This document shows, one piece after another, positions 27,553 through 36,652 of a stretch of 51,602 bases of DNA. Each line of letters starts with the position of its first letter. Position 1 is the stretch's first letter. This stretch comes from Kiritimatiellia bacterium (lineage in GTDB: Bacteria > Verrucomicrobiota > Kiritimatiellia > RFP12 > UBA1067). The stretch is taken from contig JAGYOL010000003.1 of assembly GCA_018399555.1 (NCBI GenBank), positions 1-51,602 on the forward strand. The letters are read 5' to 3'. The notes beneath the pieces were generated by a model. The model had not been told where the DNA came from, did no database searches, and was given only the letters and a program-made list of their open reading frames with translations. A program made the translations under genes and the position numbers.

Positions 27553-30546
27553 TTGAGTCCGGATAAAGATAGTAAAAAAGGCGATCCCTCCACAGAGCGG
27601 ATAGCTGCGGATGAAGAGCTGCGGAAGACACGGGTTGTTCTGCATGATGAGGCCGATGGTTTTGATGATCCGCCTCAGGAGCGGCTGTTCGATCAATATA
27701 CGATCTACAGTAAGATCGGCAGCGGTGGTATGGGTGTTGTATATCTGGCGCGCGACAGGCGGTTGGGACGTTTTGTGGCGATCAAGCGACTCAATCACAA
27801 GGCGCAGAGCATCAGATCGCTGCGGCAGCGGTTTCTGCATGAAGCCCGGGCAGTAGCGGCGTTGAGTCATGTGCACATCATCCACATCTATGCTCTCGGT
27901 GAGGATGACGACGGGCCCTTTATTGTTATGGAATATATTGCCGGACCTGAAAGTGGAGGCGGCGATTCCAGTACACAGACCGGTGGATTGGTGCAACCGG
28001 ACAAGCCGCTGACACTCGAGCAGTATATTCGGGATCAGGGGCAGCTCTCGGTCGAGAATGCGATTGAGCTGATCATCAAAGTCTCACGGGCGGTTGCTTA
28101 TGCCCATTCCAGCGGTGTGATCCATCGTGACCTCAAACCCAGCAACATCCTGCTTGATAAAAGCATGGAGCCTAAGATTGTTGATTTCGGGCTGGCTCGT
28201 CTGATGCGCATAGATGAGCCCAAAATAACCGTCCCGGGAGAGAAGCTGCTTTCTATCGGATACGGGGCACCTGAGCAGGAGCAGGACGCCTCGCTCTCGG
28301 ATGAGCGGGCTGATGTTTACGGTCTGGGTGCGCTGCTTTATTTTGTTATTACCGGACAGAACCCGCGCTATTTTCGCGAACAGGATTTGCCAGCGGGTGT
28401 ACGTGAGGTTGTGGTTAAAGCTACCGCCAACGATCGTGAAGACCGCTGGGCCGGCGCACAGCAGTTAGCCGATGAGCTACAGAAGATCGCAAGTCGTACA
28501 CGGGTTGAGACCCCCACTGTCAAAACAACCTGGCGCTGCAAGTGGTGTGATGCAGTTAACCCGATGAGCATAAAGTATTGTGCCGAGTGCGGCTGGGACG
28601 GCTCCGAAAAGTGTCCGGAGTGCGGCATGGACACCTTCTTCGGGGTTCAGTACTGCAACAACTGCGGTGCTGACGCACGCGCTTACGAATCGGTGATTAC
28701 CCTTGTCAAAAAGATGCGCGCTCACATAGAATCTCACCGTTTTGAAAATGTGCTCTCTTTCGCCGGAAGAACCCACGGATTCGAGCCTGCCGGACCTTCG
28801 GGACGTGAGCTTCTCAAAGAGATATCCGATCTGAGATTGCAGGCTAACAAAGCTATTCAGAAACGGCAACAGCTCAAAGAGCAGGTTCCGATTGAGATGC
28901 GTGCGGAGAACTATGAGCGGGCACGGCGCTTTATCGAGCAGTACCGGGAGATTTCCGAAGATAAGCTGGCCTTTGAAGGTAGCTATATTAAGATTCCTGA
29001 TTTGATTCTGGAACGGGACATAACCAGGCTGCGCAAATCGATACAATCCCGCGAGTGGGATATGGCCTCACGCATCTGTGACGAGCTGGAAAGTTCGGTC
29101 GGTACACAGCACCCGGCTGTGGTTAAAATCAAGAGGCGGCTTTATCTGCACTACCGACTGGCGGATCTGCGTTTCGGCCTGGTGCTGACCTTCATAATCA
29201 GTGCGGTTTATCTGCTCAGTATGCCGATAGTGCTGAACTTCAGTGAAAACGGATTGGGAAACATTTCCAGAGCATTTTACTCGGCGGCTCACTGGGGCTA
29301 TCAGCATAGCTTTCTGAATGCGCCGCTGCGCGACTACGCCGCTTTATGGCTGGGCGACCGGAGCATTGATGAGTGTTTCGCCCAGAGCGAAGTGAGAGAT
29401 GAAGAGCAGCTCTTGACTGAACGTCCGCACGATCTGATGCTGAAGAAGAGCGAGTATCTGGACAAACTAGCTGAAATCTACGATCAGCAGCGTGATTTTC
29501 TGCAGAAGTGGCCGATGGAATACAAACGCGAGCTGGAGGCTCTGCTGGAGCGGTCACAACGCGATGGCGACTATCATAGCTGGAACATCGTGAATCAGGA
29601 GCTGAAACGTTTTGAAAGTGAAGGCGGCGTGACCGAAGCGGATATCCAGGAGCCGATCGGACTGGCACTGCTGCTTACCAAATATCGCAGCATTCTTGCG
29701 GATCACAAATGGCGTCACAGCCGCGCACTGGTCAAAGAAACCAAGCTTTATCTCAATGCGTTGCGGGATATGCAGACAAAATACCTGCAGGAGGGACAGA
29801 TTGTGTTTGCTTCGGCAATCAACGAAGAGATTCTGAAGGTTTCCGAATCATCAAAATTTGTCGAGGCGCAAAGTGTGGTGGATAATAAAGACTCGGTGCG
29901 TCTGAGTGACACCAAGTTTACGCCGGACGCTCTACTGCCTTCGACAGCGGGGAGCAAGGTTGCCGAGGTCGCCAAATTGCGAGCGGAATTCGAGGCTGCG
30001 CTTGAGCAGGTTTCTTCCAATCACACCGCACGGATCAGTGTCTGGCCGGAAGAGTATCTTGCCGCGCTTAAAAAGCTGCGTGCCGAGTATCAGAGAGCCG
30101 GTGACTATGACGGCTGGGAGGATGTCACAACCGAAATAGAGCGTTTTCAGGTTGATCTTGATATCGCACCTGAAAATCTGCTGGTTTACCAGAACAAGCT
30201 GATGCAGGTGCAGAACGATTTCCGCCTTAAAAAGGATAAATACAAGAGTGATTACGCCGCGAATGTAGTTCGTACCGCTGAAGACTATCTGAATAAACTG
30301 CAGGAGATCATGCGGCGGCTCACAGTTGCCGGCAGGATGGATGCGGCGGCTGAGGTCAACACCGAAATCAGGCGTGTTAGAGCTTTGACCGATTATATCG
30401 AGGCTGTCAACATCCTGATGATGCAGGGACCGCCGGTACCGGAACAGGAAACACCGTCGGTAAACAGTGCACAGACCAAGCCGGCGAGTGGAAATAAAGT
30501 TGAACAAACACCTGAGCAGGCGGATAAAGCTGCGAAAGGGCCTTAA
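27553..30546 (+). CDS. Membrane Hanks-type Ser/Thr kinase with double zinc ribbon, one TM helix and a helical-repeat C-terminal domain
   Basis: GSGGMGVVY, VAIK, HRDLKPSN, DFG and APE motifs; CKWC/CAEC/CPEC/CNNC; hydrophobic FGLVLTFIISAVYLLSMPIVL. TTG start. Confidence 0.92.
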   Translation: MSPDKDSKKGDPSTERIAADEELRKTRVVLHDEADGFDDPPQERLFDQYTIYSKIGSGGMGVVYLARDRRLGRFVAIKRLNHKAQSIRSLRQRFLHEARAVAALSHVHIIHIYALGEDDDGPFIVMEYIAGPESGGGDSSTQTGGLVQPDKPLTLEQYIRDQGQLSVENAIELIIKVSRAVAYAHSSGVIHRDLKPSNILLDKSMEPKIVDFGLARLMRIDEPKITVPGEKLLSIGYGAPEQEQDASLSDERADVYGLGALLYFVITGQNPRYFREQDLPAGVREVVVKATANDREDRWAGAQQLADELQKIASRTRVETPTVKTTWRCKWCDAVNPMSIKYCAECGWDGSEKCPECGMDTFFGVQYCNNCGADARAYESVITLVKKMRAHIESHRFENVLSFAGRTHGFEPAGPSGRELLKEISDLRLQANKAIQKRQQLKEQVPIEMRAENYERARRFIEQYREISEDKLAFEGSYIKIPDLILERDITRLRKSIQSREWDMASRICDELESSVGTQHPAVVKIKRRLYLHYRLADLRFGLVLTFIISAVYLLSMPIVLNFSENGLGNISRAFYSAAHWGYQHSFLNAPLRDYAALWLGDRSIDECFAQSEVRDEEQLLTERPHDLMLKKSEYLDKLAEIYDQQRDFLQKWPMEYKRELEALLERSQRDGDYHSWNIVNQELKRFESEGGVTEADIQEPIGLALLLTKYRSILADHKWRHSRALVKETKLYLNALRDMQTKYLQEGQIVFASAINEEILKVSESSKFVEAQSVVDNKDSVRLSDTKFTPDALLPSTAGSKVAEVAKLRAEFEAALEQVSSNHTARISVWPEEYLAALKKLRAEYQRAGDYDGWEDVTTEIERFQVDLDIAPENLLVYQNKLMQVQNDFRLKKDKYKSDYAANVVRTAEDYLNKLQEIMRRLTVAGRMDAAAEVNTEIRRVRALTDYIEAVNILMMQGPPVPEQETPSVNSAQTKPASGNKVEQTPEQADKAAKGP

Positions 30547-30623
30547 CCGGCAATGCGGCGTTGGTTCTGCTTGACTTGACAGGTCTCATTTTGGAAACTT
30601 GAATTTAATTGTGGAGATAAACT

Positions 30624-31403
30624 ATGTTTGATTTTCTGTGCGAGGTAATAGAGCATGACGAAGTTTCAAAAGAGTATTGTCTGCTGAAGCTGTTTGCCGG
30701 TGAAATTGCGCACACTGCGCGTCCCGGTCAGTTTGTTCATTTGCGCATTCCGGGATTGGAGCAGGGGTCTTTGCGGCGTCCGTTCAGCATCTTCAATACC
30801 GACAAGGGGCTTTTGTGGATTCTGTACAAAAGTGTGGGGCGCGGTACCGAGGTGATGAAAAAACTTGAACCCGGTGAGGAGGTCAAGGTGATCGGCCCTC
30901 TGGGTAACGGCTTTCCTCTGCAGCGTGAGGTTGAATCGATTCTGGTTGCAGGCGGCTATGGGGTCGCACCGCTCTATTTTCTCGCTACCAGGCTTAAACG
31001 CAAAGGTGTTCTGGTGGTCGGGGGTCGCAGTGCCGACGACATTCTGGTAACAGATATGTTCGTCGGGATGGGCTGGCGCGTAGTGGTCGCGACTGTTGAC
31101 GGCTCATCCGGTGTCAAGGGATTGGTGACCGATCCATTGCTTGATGAACTCAAGCGTGTTGAAGCCACCGGCGGTGGCTGTGAACTTTTCGTCTGCGGAC
31201 CTGACGGCATGCTTAGAGCGGTTGGCGAGTTGGCGCGGCAGTATGGCTGCAAGGCCTGGCTGTCGCTGGACAAACATATGGTCTGCGGCGTGGGTGCCTG
31301 TCTGGCTTGTGTGCAGAAACTGCGGCGGAGCGATGGTTCAACCTGGGTGGGGCGCGTCTGCAGCGACGGACCGATCTTTGAAGCGGGTGAGATAGTCTGG
31401 TAG
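30624..31403 (+). CDS. pyrK: Dihydroorotate dehydrogenase electron transfer subunit
   Basis: PGQF, LRRPFSI, GPLGNGF, GGYGVAP and MVCGVGACLAC...CSDGP (2Fe-2S) motifs. Confidence 0.95.
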   Translation: MFDFLCEVIEHDEVSKEYCLLKLFAGEIAHTARPGQFVHLRIPGLEQGSLRRPFSIFNTDKGLLWILYKSVGRGTEVMKKLEPGEEVKVIGPLGNGFPLQREVESILVAGGYGVAPLYFLATRLKRKGVLVVGGRSADDILVTDMFVGMGWRVVVATVDGSSGVKGLVTDPLLDELKRVEATGGGCELFVCGPDGMLRAVGELARQYGCKAWLSLDKHMVCGVGACLACVQKLRRSDGSTWVGRVCSDGPIFEAGEIVW

Positions 31404-31412
31404 GTTTTTACT

Positions 31413-32327
31413 ATGAGCTTAATTGAGATGAGCGTTAATCTGGGTGGGGTGCGGATGAAAAATCCGGTCACTGTCGCTTCAGGTACTTTCGGTTACGGAC
31501 AGGAGTACGCGGATCTGGTTGATATAACCCGCCTGGGTGCTGTGACTGTCAAAGGGGTGCGCAACCGTCCGTGGGAGGGTAACGATCTGCCGCGTCATGT
31601 TGAGGTACCGGGCGGGATGGTCAATGCTATCGGATTGCAGGGGCCGGGTGTCGATGGATTCATTACCCAGTATATGCCTTTTCTGAGAGAAAAAGGGGTG
31701 CCGGTGATCGTTAATATCTGGGGTACGGATATTGAAGAGTATTGTGAAGTCGCACGCAAGTTAAGCGATGTGCCGGGAGTTGCCGGTTTGGAGTTGAATA
31801 TTTCATGTCCTAATGTCAAAGAGGGCGGTAATGCCTTCGGTACCGATCCGCAAGTGGTAGCTGAACTGGTCGGCGCAGTGCGAGCTGTAACCGTGCTGCC
31901 GCTGATTCCTAAACTGGCACCGAATGTTCCTGACATTAGAGTCTTTGTGCGTGCAGCTCAGGATGCCGGTGCCGACGCAATCTCGCTGATCAACACCATC
32001 CCTGCGATGGTGATAGATATTGAAACGCGCAAGCCGGTGCTTTCCAACAGGGTCGGCGGCCTCTCTGGAGCCGCAGTGCATCCGGTGGCTGTCAAGCTGG
32101 TCTGGGAGGCGTCGCAGGTTGCCAAGGTGCCGCTGCTGGCGATGGGCGGCATCAGTACGGCAGGTGACGCGATTGAATTCATGATTGCGGGCGCGACCGC
32201 TGTGGCTGTAGGCACAGCTAATTTTATTGATCCTTCCACTCCGCTCAGAGTGATCGCCGGCATCCGGGAGTACCTCGAAAGACATGGAATGCACGCGGTC
32301 GGGGAACTGACCGGTTCGCTGGTTTGA
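31413..32327 (+). CDS. pyrD: Dihydroorotate dehydrogenase B catalytic subunit
   Basis: ASGTFG, NAIGLQ, LNISCPN, KLAPN, INT and GGLSG motifs; follows pyrK. Confidence 0.96.
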   Translation: MSLIEMSVNLGGVRMKNPVTVASGTFGYGQEYADLVDITRLGAVTVKGVRNRPWEGNDLPRHVEVPGGMVNAIGLQGPGVDGFITQYMPFLREKGVPVIVNIWGTDIEEYCEVARKLSDVPGVAGLELNISCPNVKEGGNAFGTDPQVVAELVGAVRAVTVLPLIPKLAPNVPDIRVFVRAAQDAGADAISLINTIPAMVIDIETRKPVLSNRVGGLSGAAVHPVAVKLVWEASQVAKVPLLAMGGISTAGDAIEFMIAGATAVAVGTANFIDPSTPLRVIAGIREYLERHGMHAVGELTGSLV

Positions 32328-32373
32328 TCGTCCCGCTGACGGAACAAATTTAAAGATTCGGTAAGTGGCAAAC

Positions 32374-32412
32374 CAGGTCACCAAGTCACCCGGTCACCGG
32401 TCATCTGGTCAG
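32374..32412. repeat. Degenerate tandem GGTCACC-type 7-9-mer repeat
   Basis: caGGTCAcca aGTCAcc cGGTCAcc GGTCAtct GGTCAg between pyrD and add. Confidence 0.6.
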
Positions 32413-32451
32413 AGAGTGAAATGCGCGAATGGACGAATGTGGGGAAATGGA

Positions 32452-33651
32452 ATGACAACGGAATTGATAAAATCGCTACCTAAGAGTGAATTGCACTCTC
32501 ATCTTGACGGTTCAGTACGGGTTGCGACCTTGATTGACCTTGCGCGGCAGAGTGGTGTTGAGTTGCCCTCTTATGAGGTCGAAGGACTGCGTGAACTTGT
32601 TTTTAAACAGGATTATAGTTCGCTGGCCGAATATCTGAAGGGCTTTGATTACACCTGCCGTGCGTTGCGTTCTTTTGAGGCGATTGAACGGGTGGCCTGT
32701 GAAATGGTGGAAGATGCGCTCGGCGACGGTGTCCGTTATCTGGAGGTGCGTTTTGCGCCACAGCTTCTGGTGCGCACTGGCGAGGAGAGTGTACGGGCAC
32801 TGGTGGCGGTCGACCAGGGCTTGAAAAGGGCTGCTTCCGAATTCAATCGCGGTGCTGCGGTCAGGGAGAATCGTGATATACCCTTTGAATACGGGATCAT
32901 CTGCTGCGCGATGCGGAACTTTCATCATGGCATGAGCGGTTACTTTGACAATCTGCTGGATGTGCTTTCAGAGAGCAGTCGCAAAGATGTGATTGTGATT
33001 GCTTCCAAAGAGGCTGTGCGCTGTGCCATCAGGGCGCGTGATGACCACGGGGTGCCGGTTGTGGCCTTTGATCTGGCCGGCGAAGAGTCCGGTTATCCCT
33101 CCGGTCACCATTTTGCAGCCTATGATGAGGCCCACCGTAATTTTATGTGCAAGACCGTGCATGCCGGAGAAGCTTACGGCCCGGAATCGATCTATGAAGC
33201 GATCACCCGCTGTCACGCGGAACGGATCGGCCACGGAACCTCAATGTTTCAAGCGCAGCGGGTGCAGAACCCAAGCGTTACCGATAAAGAGGGGTACATC
33301 GACGCAATCGCCAACTACATCGCTGCGCGTCGCATTACTGTTGAAGTCTGTCCTACAAGTAATCTTCAGACCATTCCGGAATTGGGAGGCGATCTGACCC
33401 TTCATCCGGTGCGTCGCATGATTGATTACGGCATGGCGGTGGCGGTTTGCACCGACAACACGCTGGTGTCTCACACCACCTTGACGCATGAGCTGGCATT
33501 GGTGGCGGAGGCCTGTTCCCTGGACGGCGCACGCTTTAAGCAGCTGGTGCTGGCTGGCTTCAAGGGGGCTTTTTATTATGGCAGTTATGCGGCTAAACGA
33601 AAATTTGTAAAAAGGGCTGCGGATAGAATAGATGCGATTTTTAACAGTTGA
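32452..33651 (+). CDS. add: Adenosine/adenine deaminase family protein
   Basis: ELHSHLDGS, YLEVRFAP, DLAGEE, HAGE, RIGHG, EVCPTSN and CTDN motifs. Confidence 0.88.
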   Translation: MTTELIKSLPKSELHSHLDGSVRVATLIDLARQSGVELPSYEVEGLRELVFKQDYSSLAEYLKGFDYTCRALRSFEAIERVACEMVEDALGDGVRYLEVRFAPQLLVRTGEESVRALVAVDQGLKRAASEFNRGAAVRENRDIPFEYGIICCAMRNFHHGMSGYFDNLLDVLSESSRKDVIVIASKEAVRCAIRARDDHGVPVVAFDLAGEESGYPSGHHFAAYDEAHRNFMCKTVHAGEAYGPESIYEAITRCHAERIGHGTSMFQAQRVQNPSVTDKEGYIDAIANYIAARRITVEVCPTSNLQTIPELGGDLTLHPVRRMIDYGMAVAVCTDNTLVSHTTLTHELALVAEACSLDGARFKQLVLAGFKGAFYYGSYAAKRKFVKRAADRIDAIFNS

Positions 33652-35209
33652 ACAGATGCGCGCCGCCGATGCGGCAGCTGTGAATGAATGCGGCATACCG
33701 GAACAGATGCTGATGAATCGCGCCGGCAGTGCCGTCGCACGTGCCGTTGCACAACTGGCGCGCCGGCGCGGCTGCCGACGTATCCTGTTGTTGGCTGGCC
33801 ACGGCAACAATGGCGGCGACACCTGCGTAGCAGCACGCTGTCTGCATCGGCATGGTTTTTCCGTGCATCTCATCATGACCTGCGAACCCTCCTCTTTGCG
33901 CGGCGCCGCCCGAATGGCATGGGAGGCGATCAAGACCGCACAGGTCGCAAACGAGGTGGTTGCGACAGAGCGGGATTGGCGAGAGAATCCGGATTTGATT
34001 TCGGCAACTTTGCTGATCGACGGCATTGTAGTGGACGGCATTCTGGGCACAGGTTGCCGGGGGGCACCGCACGGCGTCGCGGCGGAAGCGGTCAGATGGA
34101 TCAACGCTATGCGTTCCCGGGCTCTGGTAGTTTCGGTCGATCTTCCCTCAGGTATGAATGGCGACAGCGGTCTGGCGGCTGGTGATGTGGTCAGAGCTGA
34201 CTTGACCGTAACCTTTGCGGCACCCAAATCCGGTTTCGCCTCTCAGGCGGCAATGCCCCTGCTGGGCCATCTGCTGGTGGCGGATATCGGCATACCCGAG
34301 GAAATTACAGAGCGTGGTGATGAGAGCGTTGATATGCGGCTTATAACTCAACCCGAAATCACAAGCAACTGGCCGGTGCGCGATTGGGCAGGGCACAAAG
34401 GAAGCTATGGACATCTCTGTGTGATCGGAGGTGCTTCGCCCTATCCGAATGCGCCGGTGTTGAGTTGCGCTGCGGCACTGCGTTGCGGCACCGGACTGGT
34501 TTCTCTGCGCAGTTGCTCAGAGTTGGCGCATTGCGCCCTTGCGCTTATCCCGGAGGTGATCGCCGAACCGCTCCAGCTGGAGTCGCTAGCCGTTGTCGAT
34601 GAGAAGTGCTGCCAGCAGCTTGTGCCGTTGAACGGCTGTGACGTCGCGGTTGCCGGTCCGGGTCTGGGGCGCTCGGAGGGAGCCGCCGCGCTGGTTCGTT
34701 ATCTTCTACGCAGCTTTAATGGTTGGCTGGTGCTGGACGCCGACGCGCTCAATTTGTTAGCGGAATTTGACAATGATCATCGCGAGTTGCGTGCATTCGG
34801 CAGAGTTGTGCTGACACCCCATCCCGGCGAGGCGGCTCGCCTGCTGCGTTGCACAGTTGCCGATGTGCAGAGCGATCGCTGCGAAGCAGTCCGGCAGCTT
34901 GCCCAACGCTTCAATGCCGTCGCGGTTTTAAAGGGTGCCGGAACTCTGGTGAGTGACGGCAGCTCCCGTCCGTTGATCAATCTTACCGGTAATCCCGGTA
35001 TGGCTTCGGGCGGAACCGGCGACGTGCTGACCGGTGTAATCGGCGCTTTGCTGGCGCAGGGTTTCGAAGGAGTTCAGGCTGTCGCCACAGCTGTCTGGCT
35101 GCATGGTACCGCAGGTGATCTGGCTGCGCTGAGCGGATCGCAGTGCGCACTGACTGCCTGGGAGCTGGTCAGGCTGCTACCGTCGGTGCTGCGACAGGTT
35201 GAGCGCTGA
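33632..35209 (+). CDS. nnr: Bifunctional NAD(P)H-hydrate epimerase/dehydratase (YjeF)
   Basis: GHGNNGGD, VDGILGTG, VDLPSG, HKGSYG, GPGLG, LTPHPGE and GGTGDVL motifs. Confidence 0.95.
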   Translation: MRFLTVEQMRAADAAAVNECGIPEQMLMNRAGSAVARAVAQLARRRGCRRILLLAGHGNNGGDTCVAARCLHRHGFSVHLIMTCEPSSLRGAARMAWEAIKTAQVANEVVATERDWRENPDLISATLLIDGIVVDGILGTGCRGAPHGVAAEAVRWINAMRSRALVVSVDLPSGMNGDSGLAAGDVVRADLTVTFAAPKSGFASQAAMPLLGHLLVADIGIPEEITERGDESVDMRLITQPEITSNWPVRDWAGHKGSYGHLCVIGGASPYPNAPVLSCAAALRCGTGLVSLRSCSELAHCALALIPEVIAEPLQLESLAVVDEKCCQQLVPLNGCDVAVAGPGLGRSEGAAALVRYLLRSFNGWLVLDADALNLLAEFDNDHRELRAFGRVVLTPHPGEAARLLRCTVADVQSDRCEAVRQLAQRFNAVAVLKGAGTLVSDGSSRPLINLTGNPGMASGGTGDVLTGVIGALLAQGFEGVQAVATAVWLHGTAGDLAALSGSQCALTAWELVRLLPSVLRQVER

Positions 35210-35329
35210 AAAGATGCGGCACAGAGCGAAGCTGAGAATAAAGAGGATTCTCACACAGTTTTTTCTTGTTTACCTTATGTAATAACATGTTTATTCCGGT
35301 TCTGAGAGCAGCTCCGGCGAGGAGGATTT

Positions 35330-36211
35330 ATGGCGTTGTACAGCATGACCGGTTTCGGCAGAGCCGAGATGAGTGCTAAGAATGGATATCGGATTTCCGT
35401 TGAGTTAAGCACGGTCAACCGCAAGCAGTTTGACTGCAACGTAGCGTTGCCCCGCGAACTGGCGGGGTTTGATGCCAAGGTGCAGAGCTGTGTCGGCAGT
35501 TACATCAAACGCGGTTTTGTCAAGGGTGCAATCAATATTGAGCGGCTGGGTGGCAACGAGCAGGAAATTGACAGCACCGGTATCGAGAAACAGGTTGAAT
35601 TCTTACGCAAACTGGCCGCCAAGCTGGAGCTTGAAGATGATTTGCGTGCAACAGCGCTGTTGCGTCTGCCCGAAATTTTCAGACAATGTTCGGCACTTGT
35701 CAATCTCGATGAGTTGTGGCCGCAGGTTGAGACAACCTTGAACCGGGCTCTGCGTAAACTCAAAACGATGCGCCGGGCAGAGGGACGCGCTTTGGAGAAG
35801 GATCTGCGTTGCCGTTTTAAAGCGTTGCGTGCCATTGCCCGGAAGATTGGTAAAATCGCGCCTGCAGTTCCGGTGCATTATAAAAAGATTTTGCAGACGC
35901 GGCTGGAAAAGCTGCTTGATTCAAAAGTGGAGATTGATCGGGAGCAGATTGCCCGCGAAGTGGCGGTTTTTGCCGACCGCTGTGATGTCAGCGAGGAACT
36001 GACCCGTCTGACAAGCCATTTCGAGCAGGCGGAAAGTCATTTGTGCGGTGGCGGTGTCTGCGGCAGGACACTCGACTTTATCTGTCAGGAGATGTTTCGC
36101 GAGATAAATACAACCGCATCCAAAGCCAATGATGCTGCGATTTCAAAGCTGGTTATCGACTTCAAGTCTAAACTTGAGTCCGTGCGAGAGCAGGTTCAGA
36201 ATATCGAGTGA
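35330..36211 (+). CDS. yicC: YicC/YloC family endoribonuclease
   Basis: SMTGFGRA, VNRK, DVSEELTRL, GRTLDFICQEMFREINT and REQVQNIE C-terminus. Confidence 0.95.
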   Translation: MALYSMTGFGRAEMSAKNGYRISVELSTVNRKQFDCNVALPRELAGFDAKVQSCVGSYIKRGFVKGAINIERLGGNEQEIDSTGIEKQVEFLRKLAAKLELEDDLRATALLRLPEIFRQCSALVNLDELWPQVETTLNRALRKLKTMRRAEGRALEKDLRCRFKALRAIARKIGKIAPAVPVHYKKILQTRLEKLLDSKVEIDREQIAREVAVFADRCDVSEELTRLTSHFEQAESHLCGGGVCGRTLDFICQEMFREINTTASKANDAAISKLVIDFKSKLESVREQVQNIE

Positions 36212-36256
36212 AGCCTGAAATGTGTGGCATGGAGATAGTTGCTCCTCTGTTATAAG

Positions 36257-36448
36257 GTCTGACCCGAGGTTGATCTCCGAGAACAACCCGGAGAAGGTGC
36301 TCTCGAACGATTCGTTCTCGATGTATTTGAATCCCGCCTGCAGGGTATTGAGCAGCTCATCGTGCTGCGTCCGAGCCATGTGGGCGATATTGGCCCACAG
36401 GTGTTTTGGCTTGATGACGTAGTGGGCTTTGCGGCGCATCTGCTTTTC
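36257..36448 (-). pseudogene. hsdM: Internal fragment of a type I restriction-modification M subunit (N-terminal domain)
   Basis: EKQMRRKAHYVIKPKHLWANIAHMARTQHDELLNTLQAGFKYIENESFESTFSGLFSEINLGSD resembles the HsdM N-terminal region. The flanks are not HsdM-like and there is no start or methyltransferase motif. Confidence 0.7.
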
Positions 36449-36524
36449 TTCTTCATCGTTTGTTCCGTTTCCAGGGGCGCATTTCTGCGCGGGGGTGCGG
36501 CAGGTGCGCCCTGCACGATTTGCT

Positions 36525-36552
36525 TTGACATTTTTCGCCCCCTCCGCATAAT
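36525..36552 (+). promoter_or_regulatory. Candidate sigma70 promoter of the sulfatase
   Basis: TTGACA-16 nt-CATAAT about 100 nt upstream of the ATG. Confidence 0.55.
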
Positions 36553-36652
36553 AGGTGCCGTTGATGAAATTGGCATAGTTTCCAACATCCCTATGGGATG
36601 CTGGTGTTCCGAATTGGTAAATTGTTAAGCAACGTCGCGAGAGCACAACATA

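Noticed and set aside
33241-34227. 328-aa minus-strand ORF
   Set aside because: Antisense to the well-supported add and nnr genes, with no motif.
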